Under the pieces are notes generated by a model. It was not told the origin of the DNA and ran no database searches. It saw only the letters and a list, made by a program, of their open reading frames with translations. The position numbers and the translations under genes are program-made. From positions 35,217 to 99,216 of the forward strand of contig DVNJ01000015.1 in the NCBI GenBank assembly GCA_018714485.1: DNA of 64,000 bases, given 5' to 3'. Of this stretch, positions 8,721-18,041 are shown one piece after another; position 1 is the stretch's first letter, and each line of letters opens with the position of its first letter. Source of the DNA: Candidatus Caccalectryoclostridium excrementigallinarum (GTDB taxonomy: Bacteria; Bacillota; Clostridia; Christensenellales; UBA3700).

Positions 8721-9637
8721 TTGAAAACTCCCGAGGAAAGATACCTCTCTCCCGTGTCGGGGAGAATGACGACGATGTTTTTTCCCGCGCCGCACCTCTT
8801 CGCGTATTCCGCCGCCGCAAAGAGCGCCGCTCCCGAAGAGATACCCGCGAGCAATCCTTCCTTTTTGGCGAGCAGATCGGTCGCCATAAAGGCGTCCTCG
8901 TCGCTCACGGCGATCACTTCGTCATAGCAGGACGTGTCGAGCACCTCGGGGACAAAGCCCGCGCCTATCCCCTGCAACTTGTGCGCGCCCGCCTTTCCGC
9001 CCGAAAGCACGGGCGAGCCGGCAGGCTCGACGGCGATCACCTCGATGTCCTTTTTGCGCTCTCTCAGATAGCGCGAAAGTCCCGTGATCGTGCCGCCCGT
9101 ACCCACGCTGCTCACGACGACGTCCACTTTTCCCTCCGTGTCGCGCCAGATCTCGTCCGCGGTGGACTTATGCGCGGCGGGGTTGGCGGGGTTTTCGAAC
9201 TGCCCGGCGATGATCGAGCCTTTTATCTCTTCATGCAAAAGCCGCGCCTTTTCTTTTGCGCCGCTCATTCCCTGCTCTCCCGGGGTGAGCACGAGCTGTG
9301 CGCCCAGCGCTTTGAGCAGCTTGCGCCTCTCTTCGCTCATGGTCTCGGGCATGGTCAAAATGAGCTTATATCCCCTCACCGCGCAAAGGGCGGCAAGCCC
9401 GATCCCCGTGTTTCCCGACGTCGGCTCGATGACCACGCCGCCTTTTTTGAGCAAGCCTCTTTTCTCCGCGTCGTCGAGCATGGAGAGCGCCGTGCGGTCT
9501 TTTATGCTCCCGGCGGGATTCATGCCCTCGGCTTTCCCCAAGAGGTCGCAGGGTAAATTCAAAGCCGCGGAAAGGCGGCTCAATCTGATCAGCGGCGTCC
9601 CGCCGATAACTTGCGAAATATCTTCGGCTATTTTCAT
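8717..9637 (-). CDS. cysK: cysteine synthase A (O-acetylserine sulfhydrylase)
   Basis: 306 aa. GGTPLIRL, MNPAGSIKDRTAL (PLP lysine) and PTSGNTGIGLA motifs. Confidence 0.9.
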   Translation of the reverse strand: MKIAEDISQVIGGTPLIRLSRLSAALNLPCDLLGKAEGMNPAGSIKDRTALSMLDDAEKRGLLKKGGVVIEPTSGNTGIGLAALCAVRGYKLILTMPETMSEERRKLLKALGAQLVLTPGEQGMSGAKEKARLLHEEIKGSIIAGQFENPANPAAHKSTADEIWRDTEGKVDVVVSSVGTGGTITGLSRYLRERKKDIEVIAVEPAGSPVLSGGKAGAHKLQGIGAGFVPEVLDTSCYDEVIAVSDEDAFMATDLLAKKEGLLAGISSGAALFAAAEYAKRCGAGKNIVVILPDTGERYLSSGVFK

Positions 9638-10245
9638 TTTTCCTCTCCGTTAGGCTCTGCCTTTTCGTCGCCGGCGCTTTCCCCGCCCTCTTCGAGAGCT
9701 TCGTCCGCGCTCTCTTCGGGCGTCTTGTCCGCGCTCTCGTCGGGCGCGTTTTCCTCTTGTGCAAGGCTCGCTCCCGAGGGGGAGAAAGCCTTCACAAGGC
9801 AAAGGCAAGCGGAAAAAAGAATAAGGCAAGCCGCGGCGATCGCTTCGGGCGCCGTCTTCGAGCCGCTCTTTTCGATCATCCCGGCGATTTCGCTCTCAAA
9901 GGGGAGCAGATAGCACAAAAACGTGCAGGCGACCATCACGCCGCAAGCGAGCAGCACGACGGCGTAAGCGAGATAAATTTTCCCGTTTTTGAAAGGGATA
10001 AAGGATAAAATACCCACAAACAGCGGAAAGACAAAGCCGATGAAAACGGGCGCGTTGAAATAAAACGACCGCGCCATGGAATAAAAGGCTATCCTGAAAG
10101 ACTCGATCCCGTCGCCGCCCTCGTCGCTCACGCCGTGGGCGAAGAACAGCCCGAAAGCGATGACGCATGCCGCCGCGGCGAGCGCGGAAAGGACGAGCTG
10201 CTGCTTGGGCTGTCCTACCACTTTTTTTATCGCTCGTTTTATCAT
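9634..10245 (-). CDS. hypothetical polytopic membrane protein with acidic C-terminal tail
   Basis: 203 aa, about 5 hydrophobic segments, C-terminal EENAPDESADKTPEESADEALEEGGE. 4-nt overlap with cysK. Confidence 0.55.
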   Translation of the reverse strand: MIKRAIKKVVGQPKQQLVLSALAAAACVIAFGLFFAHGVSDEGGDGIESFRIAFYSMARSFYFNAPVFIGFVFPLFVGILSFIPFKNGKIYLAYAVVLLACGVMVACTFLCYLLPFESEIAGMIEKSGSKTAPEAIAAACLILFSACLCLVKAFSPSGASLAQEENAPDESADKTPEESADEALEEGGESAGDEKAEPNGEEK

Positions 10246-10278
10246 ACCTCCCTCCTCTTTTGCGCGTTCGGCGCAATA

Positions 10279-11229
10279 CTAAACTATTTTGTTTTGCTCT
10301 TTTCCCTCGATGAAGGCGCGCAGGTTGTCCGCCGCGGCGATCACCAGCCTGTTTCGCGTCTGCGCCGCCGCCCAGGCGACGTGAGGCGTCACCACGCAGT
10401 TTTCCAGCCCGATGAGCGGGCAGTTTTCGGGCGGCTCTTTTTGCAGCACGTCGAGCGCCGCCGCGCGCAGCTTCTTACTTTTGAGCGCCTCGAAAAGCGC
10501 CTCTTCGTCCACGAGCCCGCCGCGGGCGGTGTTTATCAGAACGGCGTGCTTTTTCATCAGCGCCAAGGTCTTTGCGTTCACCGCGTTTTGCGTCTCGCGC
10601 GTGAGCGGAGCATGCAGGGTGAGCACGTCCGAACGGGAGAAAAGTTCGCTCTTTCCCACTATCTCATAGGGGCAGTTTTCGGGCACGGTGCGCGTATGCA
10701 CGATGACTTTCATGCCCAGCGCCGACGCGGCTTTCGCCACCCTTTTGCCGATGTCGCCGAAGCCGAAGATACCGAGAGTTTTCCCCTGCACTTCCTCGAT
10801 GGGATAGGGAAAATAGCTGAAATTTTTCTGCGCCGCCCACTCTCCTCTTCTCACCGCCGCGTCATAGACGCCGACCTTGGAGAAAAAATGCAGAATAAAC
10901 GCCATGGTCAGCTGCGCCACCGCCGCGCCCGAATAGCCGGGGACGTTGGTCACCCTCACGTTAAGCTCGCGCGCCGCGTCGAGATCGACATTGTTATAAC
11001 CCGTGGCGAATATGCCCACATATCTCACCTCGGGAAGGGCGGAGAGCACCTTTTTCGTGATGAGTATCTTGTTGCAAAGGATCGCCGTGCAGCCGCGGCA
11101 GGAAGAGATTATGTCCTCTTCGCTTTCAATGCGGCAATAGCGGACATTCCCTAACTTTTCCAAGGGGGAAAAGTCCGCGTCGCCCTCCCATTCGAGAGTT
11201 TGCCTGTCTAAAACGGCGATGTCCATCAA
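10279..11229 (-). CDS. D-isomer-specific 2-hydroxyacid dehydrogenase (glycerate dehydrogenase-like)
   Basis: 316 aa. GIFGFGDIGKRVA NAD motif and the C-terminal catalytic region TPHVAW. Confidence 0.8.
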   Translation of the reverse strand: MMDIAVLDRQTLEWEGDADFSPLEKLGNVRYCRIESEEDIISSCRGCTAILCNKILITKKVLSALPEVRYVGIFATGYNNVDLDAARELNVRVTNVPGYSGAAVAQLTMAFILHFFSKVGVYDAAVRRGEWAAQKNFSYFPYPIEEVQGKTLGIFGFGDIGKRVAKAASALGMKVIVHTRTVPENCPYEIVGKSELFSRSDVLTLHAPLTRETQNAVNAKTLALMKKHAVLINTARGGLVDEEALFEALKSKKLRAAALDVLQKEPPENCPLIGLENCVVTPHVAWAAAQTRNRLVIAAADNLRAFIEGKEQNKIV

Positions 11230-12257
11230 AGAGTCACGGTGACCTTGTTGAGGTTGCGGGGCGTGTCCACGCTCAAACCCTTGGCAAGTCCCACGTTGAG
11301 CGCGAGCAGCGAGACGGCGACGCCGTAGACGACGGGAGCGGTCACGTCGCTCGCGGCGGGCATGACGACCTTGTTGTCGGCGACGGCGAGCACTTCGGGA
11401 ATGTCGCTGAACACGGTGAGCTTTCCTTTGAGGCTCTTGATACGCGCGGCGAGCGACTTATATTCTTCCGCGAAAACGCCCGAGGGCGCGAGCAGGATCA
11501 CGTTCGCCGTCTCGTCGATGAGCGAGAAGGGACCGTGCATGAAGTTCGCCGTGGAGAAAGCGCGGTTGAACATATAGCAGCACTCGGTGAGTTTGAGCGC
11601 GCATTCGTCGCCCGTGCCGAGCATTGTCCCGCGGGTGAGGATTATGTTGCTCTTTTCCCTGTAAATGCCCTGCGCGGCAGCCTTTATCTCCTCGAACTTT
11701 TCCAAGATCTCGGCTATCCTCGCGGGGAAGGCGTCTATCTCGCCGCCTATCTTTCCGCCCAAGGCGTCGGCAAGCAGCGCGAGCGCGGTGAGTTCGCCGA
11801 TATAAGTCTTTGTCGCGGCGACGGACTTTTCCTCCTCCACGTCCATGAAAAGATGGAAGTCCGCCTGCTCTGCCACGGGGCTTTTCTCGTTGTTGGTGAC
11901 GGCGACGGTCATGGCACCGGCGGCTTTCGCCTTATTGAAAACGTCTATCGTGTCTTTGGACATGCCCGACTGCGAGACGATTATCATGCAGGTGTTTTTC
12001 ATATCCACGGGCTTGTTATAGACCGTGTAAAGAGAGGGGTGGAATTTCCCCACCTGTATGCCCGTCGTGAGGGGGCAGAGGAAGGAAAACACGGTCGCGG
12101 CGTTGTCGGAAGTCCCGCGCGCGAGGGTCACGAATTTTTCTATTCCTCTTTCCTTGACAGCCTTTGCTATCTTTGCCGCAACGGGGCGGCAGGAAGCGAT
12201 CGTGCGCGCTATCATCTGGGGTTCGGAGAATATCTCCTGCTGCATCAAAGTGGTCAT
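11226..12257 (-). CDS. SIS-domain sugar-phosphate isomerase/aminotransferase-like protein (GlmS C-terminal-like, no glutaminase domain)
   Basis: 343 aa. Two SIS repeats, IIVSQSGMSKDT motif. 4-nt overlap with the downstream dehydrogenase. Confidence 0.75.
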   Translation of the reverse strand: MTTLMQQEIFSEPQMIARTIASCRPVAAKIAKAVKERGIEKFVTLARGTSDNAATVFSFLCPLTTGIQVGKFHPSLYTVYNKPVDMKNTCMIIVSQSGMSKDTIDVFNKAKAAGAMTVAVTNNEKSPVAEQADFHLFMDVEEEKSVAATKTYIGELTALALLADALGGKIGGEIDAFPARIAEILEKFEEIKAAAQGIYREKSNIILTRGTMLGTGDECALKLTECCYMFNRAFSTANFMHGPFSLIDETANVILLAPSGVFAEEYKSLAARIKSLKGKLTVFSDIPEVLAVADNKVVMPAASDVTAPVVYGVAVSLLALNVGLAKGLSVDTPRNLNKVTVTL

Positions 12258-12396
12258 AAAAACTCTCCTTTAACAACTTGATCCCGCCCGCACGGGCGGG
12301 TACATATTTTTTGTATTTTTATAATATCACAATAATGCCCGCTTGGCAAGAAAAAAGTCCCCCGAGTGACCTCGAAGGACTTGCCCCGACCTTTAT

Positions 12397-12897
12397 TCAG
12401 TTCTCCCGCCTTGCCGCGCGCCTTAAACTTTCGAGTTCTTCCTCGACGCCGCGCGCGCTCTCGTGCGCCCTGCTTTTCGCCCGCTCGCCCGCCGCCGACG
12501 AAACTCCCGCCAGCAGCAGCGCCGCCAGCCCCGCGCCCGTGAGACAGCCCGCGAGCACGAAACTTCCCAAGAGCACGCAGACAAGTCCCGTGACGAGCAG
12601 ATACGCCGCTGCGATCCCCGCTCCGAGCGAGAGGAAAGGCAGCGCGCCGACGCTGCTTTTGTTCAGGTCGTCCAGCTCTTTCAAAAGCCTTTCGCATTCT
12701 CTTTGCAAAGCCGCGTCCTCTTTCTCCTCTTCCCTGCTCCTGCGGAAATAGAGCGCGCTCTTTCCCTCGCCGAGCTTTTCCCTGCCCGTGCATTCCCAGC
12801 CGAGATCTTTGAGGCTCTCTTCCGTCAAAAGGGCGTTTTCGTCCCTCACTTCGCGCTTGATATATCTCATATTGCCTATCTTTATATTCCTGTTCAT
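12397..12897 (-). CDS. hypothetical membrane protein
   Basis: 166 aa. Soluble N-terminal part, then two hydrophobic helices (ALPFLSLGAGIAAAYLLVTGLVCVLLGSFVLAGCL...). ATGA-type overlap with the upstream ORF. Confidence 0.5.
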   Translation of the reverse strand: MNRNIKIGNMRYIKREVRDENALLTEESLKDLGWECTGREKLGEGKSALYFRRSREEEKEDAALQRECERLLKELDDLNKSSVGALPFLSLGAGIAAAYLLVTGLVCVLLGSFVLAGCLTGAGLAALLLAGVSSAAGERAKSRAHESARGVEEELESLRRAARREN

Positions 12898-13280
12898 ATT
12901 GCCGCCCGTCCTATGTTTTTTCTGCCGAAAAGCAGGTTTTGTCTAATGTTTTTGCTCCCCTGCGCATAGCAGCGCGTTATCCATTTCATGCCCGTCATCA
13001 CCTCGCGCACGAGCATCATCGTGGGCGCGACGAGCAGCCACAGCAGCAGCCCGAAGAGGAACAGCCCGACGACAAAGCCCGCCTGCCTGCTCAAAAGGAA
13101 GGAAGCGACCATCGCCGTCCCGCCCGCGAGAATTTCCGCAACGACGCTCACGACGACTCCCGCCGCCATCAGCCAGCCCAGCGCCACGCCAAAACTCGAG
13201 ACCGCATAATAAAGCGCCACCACGGGCGACATGAGCGCGACCCGCACGCCGTTTTCTTTTTTTCGTTTTTCTCTTTCCAT
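12894..13280 (-). CDS. hypothetical small membrane protein
   Basis: 128 aa, three or four hydrophobic segments. Lies in an operon with the GT4 gene. Confidence 0.5.
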   Translation of the reverse strand: MEREKRKKENGVRVALMSPVVALYYAVSSFGVALGWLMAAGVVVSVVAEILAGGTAMVASFLLSRQAGFVVGLFLFGLLLWLLVAPTMMLVREVMTGMKWITRCYAQGSKNIRQNLLFGRKNIGRAAI

Positions 13281-13319
13281 GTTTTTCTCCGCCTTCGATT
13301 CTTGACTTTTTGCGCGATT

Positions 13320-14507
13320 TTATTCCATGTGCAGCGCCGCCCGCTGAGAAAATTCCGTGACGGGAACGCCGTATTCGCCCTTGCAGGCAAGGACGGTCCT
13401 TGCGAGCATGTTCTCCATCTCGTCCATGCAACGCTCTTTTTCGAACCTGCCCGCAAAACCCATATAGAGCAGGCGGCACTTTTCCGCCTCGTAAGGCTCG
13501 TTAATGAAGAAGTCTATCTTTTTCGCCAGATCGTCCGCGTCTCCCGGCTTGAAGAGGTTGTTCGCGCCCATGGCAAAGCCGCGCGTCGCGCTCTTGTCCG
13601 AATCGGCGATCACGGGCACAAGCCCGCCGCAGATCGCTTCCAGGCAGGAGATCGCCTCTATCTCCACGTTTGCCGTATGGACGTAAAGATCGGCTTTTTC
13701 TATCGTCTTCACCAGCTCGCTCCTGCTCATAAAGGCGAACACGGGCGGGTTGGTCAAGCCTTCGGCGCGCTTTTTAAGCTCTGCTTCCATGGGTCCGCTG
13801 CCGGCGAAAACAAGCCGGATCTCCCCCTCGTGTACGCTCTTTTTGACCGCGTCGATGAGCACTCCCTGCGCCTTTTCGTGCGAATATCTGCCCGTGCAGA
13901 GTATCGTGAACTTCCCGTCCTTTTTCGTCCCTTTCTTGCAGCCGAAAAACTCCGTGTCCACGCCGTTGGAGATGACATAGCCGTTGGTGCGCTTGTTGCA
14001 CTGCCTTTCGAACTCGTTGCGAATGAACACCGTAGGATAATGTATGCAGTCGCACTTGGAATATATTCTGCGGTAAAACCTGCGGTAGACGAGCTTGTTC
14101 GCAAGGCGGCTGCCTTCGAGCCCCATATGGTTCGTGACGTTCTCCGCCTGGCAATGGAATCCCGCCGAGACGGGAATGTTCAGCTCGCGCGCTATCCTCA
14201 CCGCCGCCGCCGAGAGCGCAAAAGGCATTATGCAATGAATGATGTCCGCGCCGCTTATCGCCTTTAAGAGCATCTTTTCGTCCGGCTTTGCCAGCGTCAC
14301 GCCGTTTTTCGCCACATACTTGTTGAAGGGACCGAAGTTCCTCTTTTGAGTGATGAAATATCCCTCTTTCCCCCACAAGTTCTCGTCGGGGCAGACCACG
14401 CGCACTTCGTGTCCCCTTTCTTTGAGCGCGTTTATCAGGTTGCCTGCCGCCACGGCGGTGCCGTTATTGCGGGAGAGAGGTATGTCGCATATTATCGTAA
14501 CTATCAT
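13320..14507 (-). CDS. glycosyltransferase family 4 (GT-B fold, group 1)
   Basis: ORF 13320-14546. Typical GT4 N-terminus (MIVTIICDIPLSRNNGTAVAAGNLINALKERGHEVRVVCPD) and C-terminal E-x7-E-like region (HTANVEIEAISCLEAICGGLVPV). Start set to ATG 14505-14507 after GGAGAAAAAACC. Confidence 0.8.
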   Translation of the reverse strand: MIVTIICDIPLSRNNGTAVAAGNLINALKERGHEVRVVCPDENLWGKEGYFITQKRNFGPFNKYVAKNGVTLAKPDEKMLLKAISGADIIHCIMPFALSAAAVRIARELNIPVSAGFHCQAENVTNHMGLEGSRLANKLVYRRFYRRIYSKCDCIHYPTVFIRNEFERQCNKRTNGYVISNGVDTEFFGCKKGTKKDGKFTILCTGRYSHEKAQGVLIDAVKKSVHEGEIRLVFAGSGPMEAELKKRAEGLTNPPVFAFMSRSELVKTIEKADLYVHTANVEIEAISCLEAICGGLVPVIADSDKSATRGFAMGANNLFKPGDADDLAKKIDFFINEPYEAEKCRLLYMGFAGRFEKERCMDEMENMLARTVLACKGEYGVPVTEFSQRAALHME

Positions 14508-14564
14508 GGTTTTTTCTCCTTTCGCCTTTGTGTCTTTATCATACAAAGCCCGAGTAAAAAGCCC

Positions 14565-14593
14565 GTAACGGCGCGGTAAATTAACGGTTAAAT
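14565..14593. promoter_or_regulatory. candidate response-regulator box (GTAACGGCGCGGTAAAT + TAACGGTTAAAT)
   Basis: Near-identical to the direct repeats at 17360-17396. Lies in the divergent GT4-operon / response-regulator intergenic region, 21 nt upstream of a minus-strand TATGAT -10. Confidence 0.4.
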
Positions 14594-14706
14594 CTCGGTC
14601 AAATTATCGTAACGCGGGCAAACCCCCTCTTTTTTTTGCAAATTTTACCCTTTTGTAACCCTCGCGTGATATAATATCCTTATCAAATAAAGAAAAGGAG
14701 CCGCCT

Positions 14707-15381
14707 ATGCCCACCGTTTTGATAGTCGAAGACGACAATTCCACCCGCCTGCTCACGCTCGCCAATCTGCGCCGCGACTTTGACGTCGTGTGCGCCGAAG
14801 ACGGCGTCCGCGCGCTCGAGATCGTCGGCTCGCGCCATATCGACGTCATCGTTTCCGACATAATGATGCCGGGCATGGACGGCTATGCGCTCGCGCGGGA
14901 AGTGCGCGCCTCGGGGAACAATGTCCCCTTCATCTTCCTCACGGCGAAAGCCTCGCCCGAGGACAAGGCGCTCGGCTTCAAGTTGGGGATAGACGACTAT
15001 ATGGTCAAGCCGATAGATTACGGCGAGCTCATCTGGCGCATACGCGCCATTCTCCGCCGCGCGCAGATAGCGGACGCGAGAGCGATCACCGTGGGCGGCT
15101 TGAAGATAGATTCCGCCGCCTATACCGTGACCTACGAGGGCAAAAACATCGAACTCACGCGCAAGGAATTCGAGCTTTTGTTCAAGCTGCTCTCTTATCC
15201 CAACATGATCTTCACCAAAAATCAGCTTCTCGACGAGATCTGGGGCGCGGACAGCGCCAGCGGCGACGACACGGTCAAAGTCCATATCTCCCGCCTGCGC
15301 AACAAGATCGCGGGAGTGAAGGAAGTCGAGCTGATCTCGGTCAAGGGCATAGGCTATAAAGCGGTGATAAAGGAGAACTGA
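14707..15381 (+). CDS. OmpR/PhoB-family response regulator
   Basis: 224 aa. Receiver domain (LIVEDD...DVIVSDIMMPGMDG) and winged-helix output (LTRKEFELLFKLL..VHISRLRNKI). Confidence 0.9.
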   Translation: MPTVLIVEDDNSTRLLTLANLRRDFDVVCAEDGVRALEIVGSRHIDVIVSDIMMPGMDGYALAREVRASGNNVPFIFLTAKASPEDKALGFKLGIDDYMVKPIDYGELIWRIRAILRRAQIADARAITVGGLKIDSAAYTVTYEGKNIELTRKEFELLFKLLSYPNMIFTKNQLLDEIWGADSASGDDTVKVHISRLRNKIAGVKEVELISVKGIGYKAVIKEN

Positions 15382-15382
15382 G

Positions 15383-16462
15383 ATGCCCGAAACGAAAAAA
15401 ACCTTCTCTCCCCTCGGAAAAAGGAGAAAAAAGAAAGAGCCGCTGCCGCCGCTGAGGAAAAATCTCTCCGCCCTGCTCACCTTGCAGACCTTCGTCGTGC
15501 TCTTTCTCGTGTCGGTCGTGGCTTTTTCCCTGGCGATGATGTACCGCACGGTCATCACCGCCGAGCACCTTTACGGCATTTTGAGCATGCTCGTGCCCAT
15601 CGCCATCTTCGTCAGCCTGGTCAACGCGACTTTTTCCCGCTATATGTATAAATATCTCGACGACCTCTCCAAAGCCATGTCGAAAGTGGCGGGCGGCGAC
15701 TTTTCCGTCCGTCTCGACGCGGAGAAAAAGCAGCCCTTCCGCGAAGTCTACCGCGACTTCAACACCATGGCGGAAGAGTTGGGCGGCGTGGAACTGATGA
15801 AGAACGACTTCATCAACGGCTACGCGCACGAGCTGCGCACCCCCATCTCTTCGATCAACGGCTTTGCGGAAATGCTACTCAAACAAGGCGCTTCCCTCGG
15901 CGAAGAGGAAAAGCGTACCTATCTTGAAATAATAGCTTCCGAATCCCGCCGCTTAGCCGACCTGGCGGGAAACAGCCTGCTTTTGAGCAAGCTTGATTCG
16001 CAAAAGATAATCGCGGACAAAAAGCCTTATTCCTTGGACGAACAGCTGCGCCGCTGCTCTATCCTGCTCTCCGAGCAATGGACGCAAAAAGGGATCGATT
16101 TCGAAATGTCCCTCGACGCCGCGCAATATACGGGCGATCAGGACCTCATGCAGCATCTTTGGCTGAACCTGATGGGCAACGCCGTCAAATATACGCCCAA
16201 GGGCGGCAGCATTTCCGTCACGCTCAAAAACGAGCCTTCTTCCCTCACCGTCGTCGTTGCCGACACGGGCAGAGGCATTGCCAAAGAGGACCTCGACAAG
16301 ATCTTCGACAAATATTACCAGACGGACAAGTCGCACTCCAAGCAGGGGCTGGGGCTCGGGCTTTCCATCTCAAAGCGCATCGTCGAGCTTTGCGGCGGAG
16401 AGATCTCTGTTAAAAGCGCTCTCGGCGAAGGCAGCTCTTTCAAGGTCGTTTTGCCCAAATAG
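15383..16462 (+). CDS. sensor histidine kinase (short extracytoplasmic loop, HAMP-HisKA-HATPase)
   Basis: 359 aa. Two TM helices, H-box HELRTPISSI, N/G boxes NLMGNAVKYTP, DTGRGI, GLGLGLSI. Starts 2 nt after the regulator stop. Confidence 0.9.
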   Translation: MPETKKTFSPLGKRRKKKEPLPPLRKNLSALLTLQTFVVLFLVSVVAFSLAMMYRTVITAEHLYGILSMLVPIAIFVSLVNATFSRYMYKYLDDLSKAMSKVAGGDFSVRLDAEKKQPFREVYRDFNTMAEELGGVELMKNDFINGYAHELRTPISSINGFAEMLLKQGASLGEEEKRTYLEIIASESRRLADLAGNSLLLSKLDSQKIIADKKPYSLDEQLRRCSILLSEQWTQKGIDFEMSLDAAQYTGDQDLMQHLWLNLMGNAVKYTPKGGSISVTLKNEPSSLTVVVADTGRGIAKEDLDKIFDKYYQTDKSHSKQGLGLGLSISKRIVELCGGEISVKSALGEGSSFKVVLPK

Positions 16463-16483
16463 GCAAAAGAAAAAGGCGCCTTT

Positions 16484-17320
16484 TCACTTTCTTTCTTCTT
16501 CCCTCTTCCCCTCGTCCGCTTGCAGGCAATAGCCTTCCTCGGCGCGCTCTCGCGCGCGGGTGTTCATCTCGACGGCGGAGATGTCTTTGACGAGCGTCCC
16601 CATGAGCAGGTTTTTGCGCGTGAGCAGGTGCAACAGATAGTGCAGACAGAACACGAGGCTCCCGCCCGCATGGCAGAGCATGTCGAGATCGGTGTCGAGC
16701 ACGCTCACATATTTCATGCCCTCGATCGCCGAGGCAAGACCCGTGAGCCCCTGCGCCCTTATCGCTTCGAGAGCCTCGGGCGGGACGTGCCCCTGCGACG
16801 CCTGCCCCGCGAAGAGGTCGGCGCAAAACTCCATTATCTCCCAGACGCACGCCGTTCCCAGCGAACAGAGGAACATGATAAGCGCCGTCGCCGCGCCGCT
16901 CTTGCGATCCCCCTCCTCTTCTATCTTTTGCAGCCTTTTTCCGAAGGGAATGAGGATAAAGATCATGATGGCATAGCCGCTCAGCCCGTGCATGAGGCAG
17001 TCGTACCAACTCACCTTGTTAAAGACGTTGAAGGCGCTGCCCACGATCGCGCTGCCCGTGAGCATAACTATGTAAGCCAAGTGCTGCGAAAAGGAAAAAC
17101 GGTGCCTGAAAAGCCTTTCCAAAAGGTGCGGCGTCCACATAAAGACCGCCGTACAGACGCAGGTAAAGACCCTGTTCTCGGGATCCCCCTGCAAGCCGTT
17201 GACGATGGCGAGCACCGCCGCCAGCGCGGAGATGACCGCCTCGCAGAAGATGACTCCCATGCGCTTTGCCCAAGCCCGCCCGCTCAACTCGTCGGGCTTA
17301 ATCCATTCTCTCTTTTCCAT
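16484..17320 (-). CDS. polytopic membrane protein, paralog A (family not confidently recognised; possibly YjdF/DUF2238-like)
   Basis: 278 aa. Paralogous to 18042-18821 (shared FRHRFSFSQHLA, WYDC.MH, CSLGTACFWE, KYVSVLDTDLDMLCHA.GSLVFCLHYLLH). Confidence 0.65.
   Translation of the reverse strand: MEKREWIKPDELSGRAWAKRMGVIFCEAVISALAAVLAIVNGLQGDPENRVFTCVCTAVFMWTPHLLERLFRHRFSFSQHLAYIVMLTGSAIVGSAFNVFNKVSWYDCLMHGLSGYAIMIFILIPFGKRLQKIEEEGDRKSGAATALIMFLCSLGTACVWEIMEFCADLFAGQASQGHVPPEALEAIRAQGLTGLASAIEGMKYVSVLDTDLDMLCHAGGSLVFCLHYLLHLLTRKNLLMGTLVKDISAVEMNTRARERAEEGYCLQADEGKREEERK
16637..16714. repeat. inverted repeat arm A (pairs with 18654-18731)
   Basis: By my alignment, 74 of 78 nt are identical to the reverse complement of 18654-18731, far above the similarity of the rest of the two paralogs. 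Confidence 0.85.
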
Positions 17321-17359
17321 ATCCGCCTCTTTTGCTTTTTTTCATCTTACCCGCGCAAG

Positions 17360-17396
17360 GTAACGCCGCGGTTATGAAGGCGTAACGCCGCGGTTA
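17360..17396. promoter_or_regulatory. direct repeat GTAACGCCGCGGTTA x2 (22-bp period), candidate OmpR-type regulator site
   Basis: Copies at 17360-17374 and 17382-17396. On the minus strand the proximal copy ends 10 nt upstream of a TAAGAT -10 (17349-17344) that has no recognisable -35. Confidence 0.45.
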
Positions 17397-17430
17397 AATA
17401 TGCGTAAAAATCAGGTAAGACGTGTTTTTC

Positions 17431-17459
17431 TTGCCTTTTTTTCTCTTTGCGGCTATAAT
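17431..17459 (+). promoter_or_regulatory. promoter of ybaK (leaderless geometry)
   Basis: TTGCCT (17431-17436) - 17 nt - TATAAT (17454-17459). The A of ATG 17466 is the 7th nt after the -10. Confidence 0.6.
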
Positions 17460-17465
17460 ATGAAC

Positions 17466-17945
17466 ATGCAAAAGGAAGAAAAGACCAATGTCATGCGTCT
17501 TTTGGACGCCAAAAAGATCGCGCACGAGAGCTATTTCTTTGACTGCTCTTCCGCCCCTACGGGAGAAGAAGTCGCCGCCATTTTGAACAAGGACGCCCGT
17601 CAGGTTTTCAAAACTCTCGTGACCGCGGGCAAAAGCGGAGCGCACTATGTCTTCATGGTCCCCGTCACGGGCGAACTCGACCTGAAAAAAGCCGCGCGCG
17701 CGGCGGGAGAAAAGAGCGTGGAGATGATAAAGTCCAAAGACCTGCTCCCCCTCACCGGCTATGTCCACGGCGGCTGCTCGCCCATCGGCATGAAAAAATA
17801 TTTCCCCACCTTCATCGATCTCTCGGCAAAGTCGCTCAAAAGCATTGTTTTCAGCGCGGGCAGGATAGGCAGACAGGTGGAGCTTGCGCCCGCCGACCTC
17901 GAAAAAGCCGTGCGCATAACTTACGCCGACCTCGCCTTGAATTGA
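17466..17945 (+). CDS. ybaK: Cys-tRNA(Pro)/Cys-tRNA(Cys) deacylase
   Basis: YbaK-type sequence (TNVMRLLDAKKIAHESY..GGCSPIGMKK). Start ambiguous: in-frame ATGs at 17460, 17466 and 17493. 17466 fits the promoter geometry and 17493 has an AAGGAAG RBS. Confidence 0.8.
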   Translation: MQKEEKTNVMRLLDAKKIAHESYFFDCSSAPTGEEVAAILNKDARQVFKTLVTAGKSGAHYVFMVPVTGELDLKKAARAAGEKSVEMIKSKDLLPLTGYVHGGCSPIGMKKYFPTFIDLSAKSLKSIVFSAGRIGRQVELAPADLEKAVRITYADLALN

Positions 17946-18041
17946 GATATTTTACAATATTGTAACGCTCTTTTTACTTTCGCGTGTTACCCTTGAATTG
18001 AGCCGAACGAAAAGCCGCGTTCGGCATGCGGAGGGTGACGC

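Noticed and set aside
8721-8795. Longer tcdA start (GTG at 8795) and other maximal track starts (2166, 14546, 19875, 31855, 32533, 34889, 35312, 52989).
   Set aside because: The extensions overlap upstream genes or promoter elements, are Arg-rich, and lack an RBS. Internal starts have an RBS or fit stop/start overlaps.
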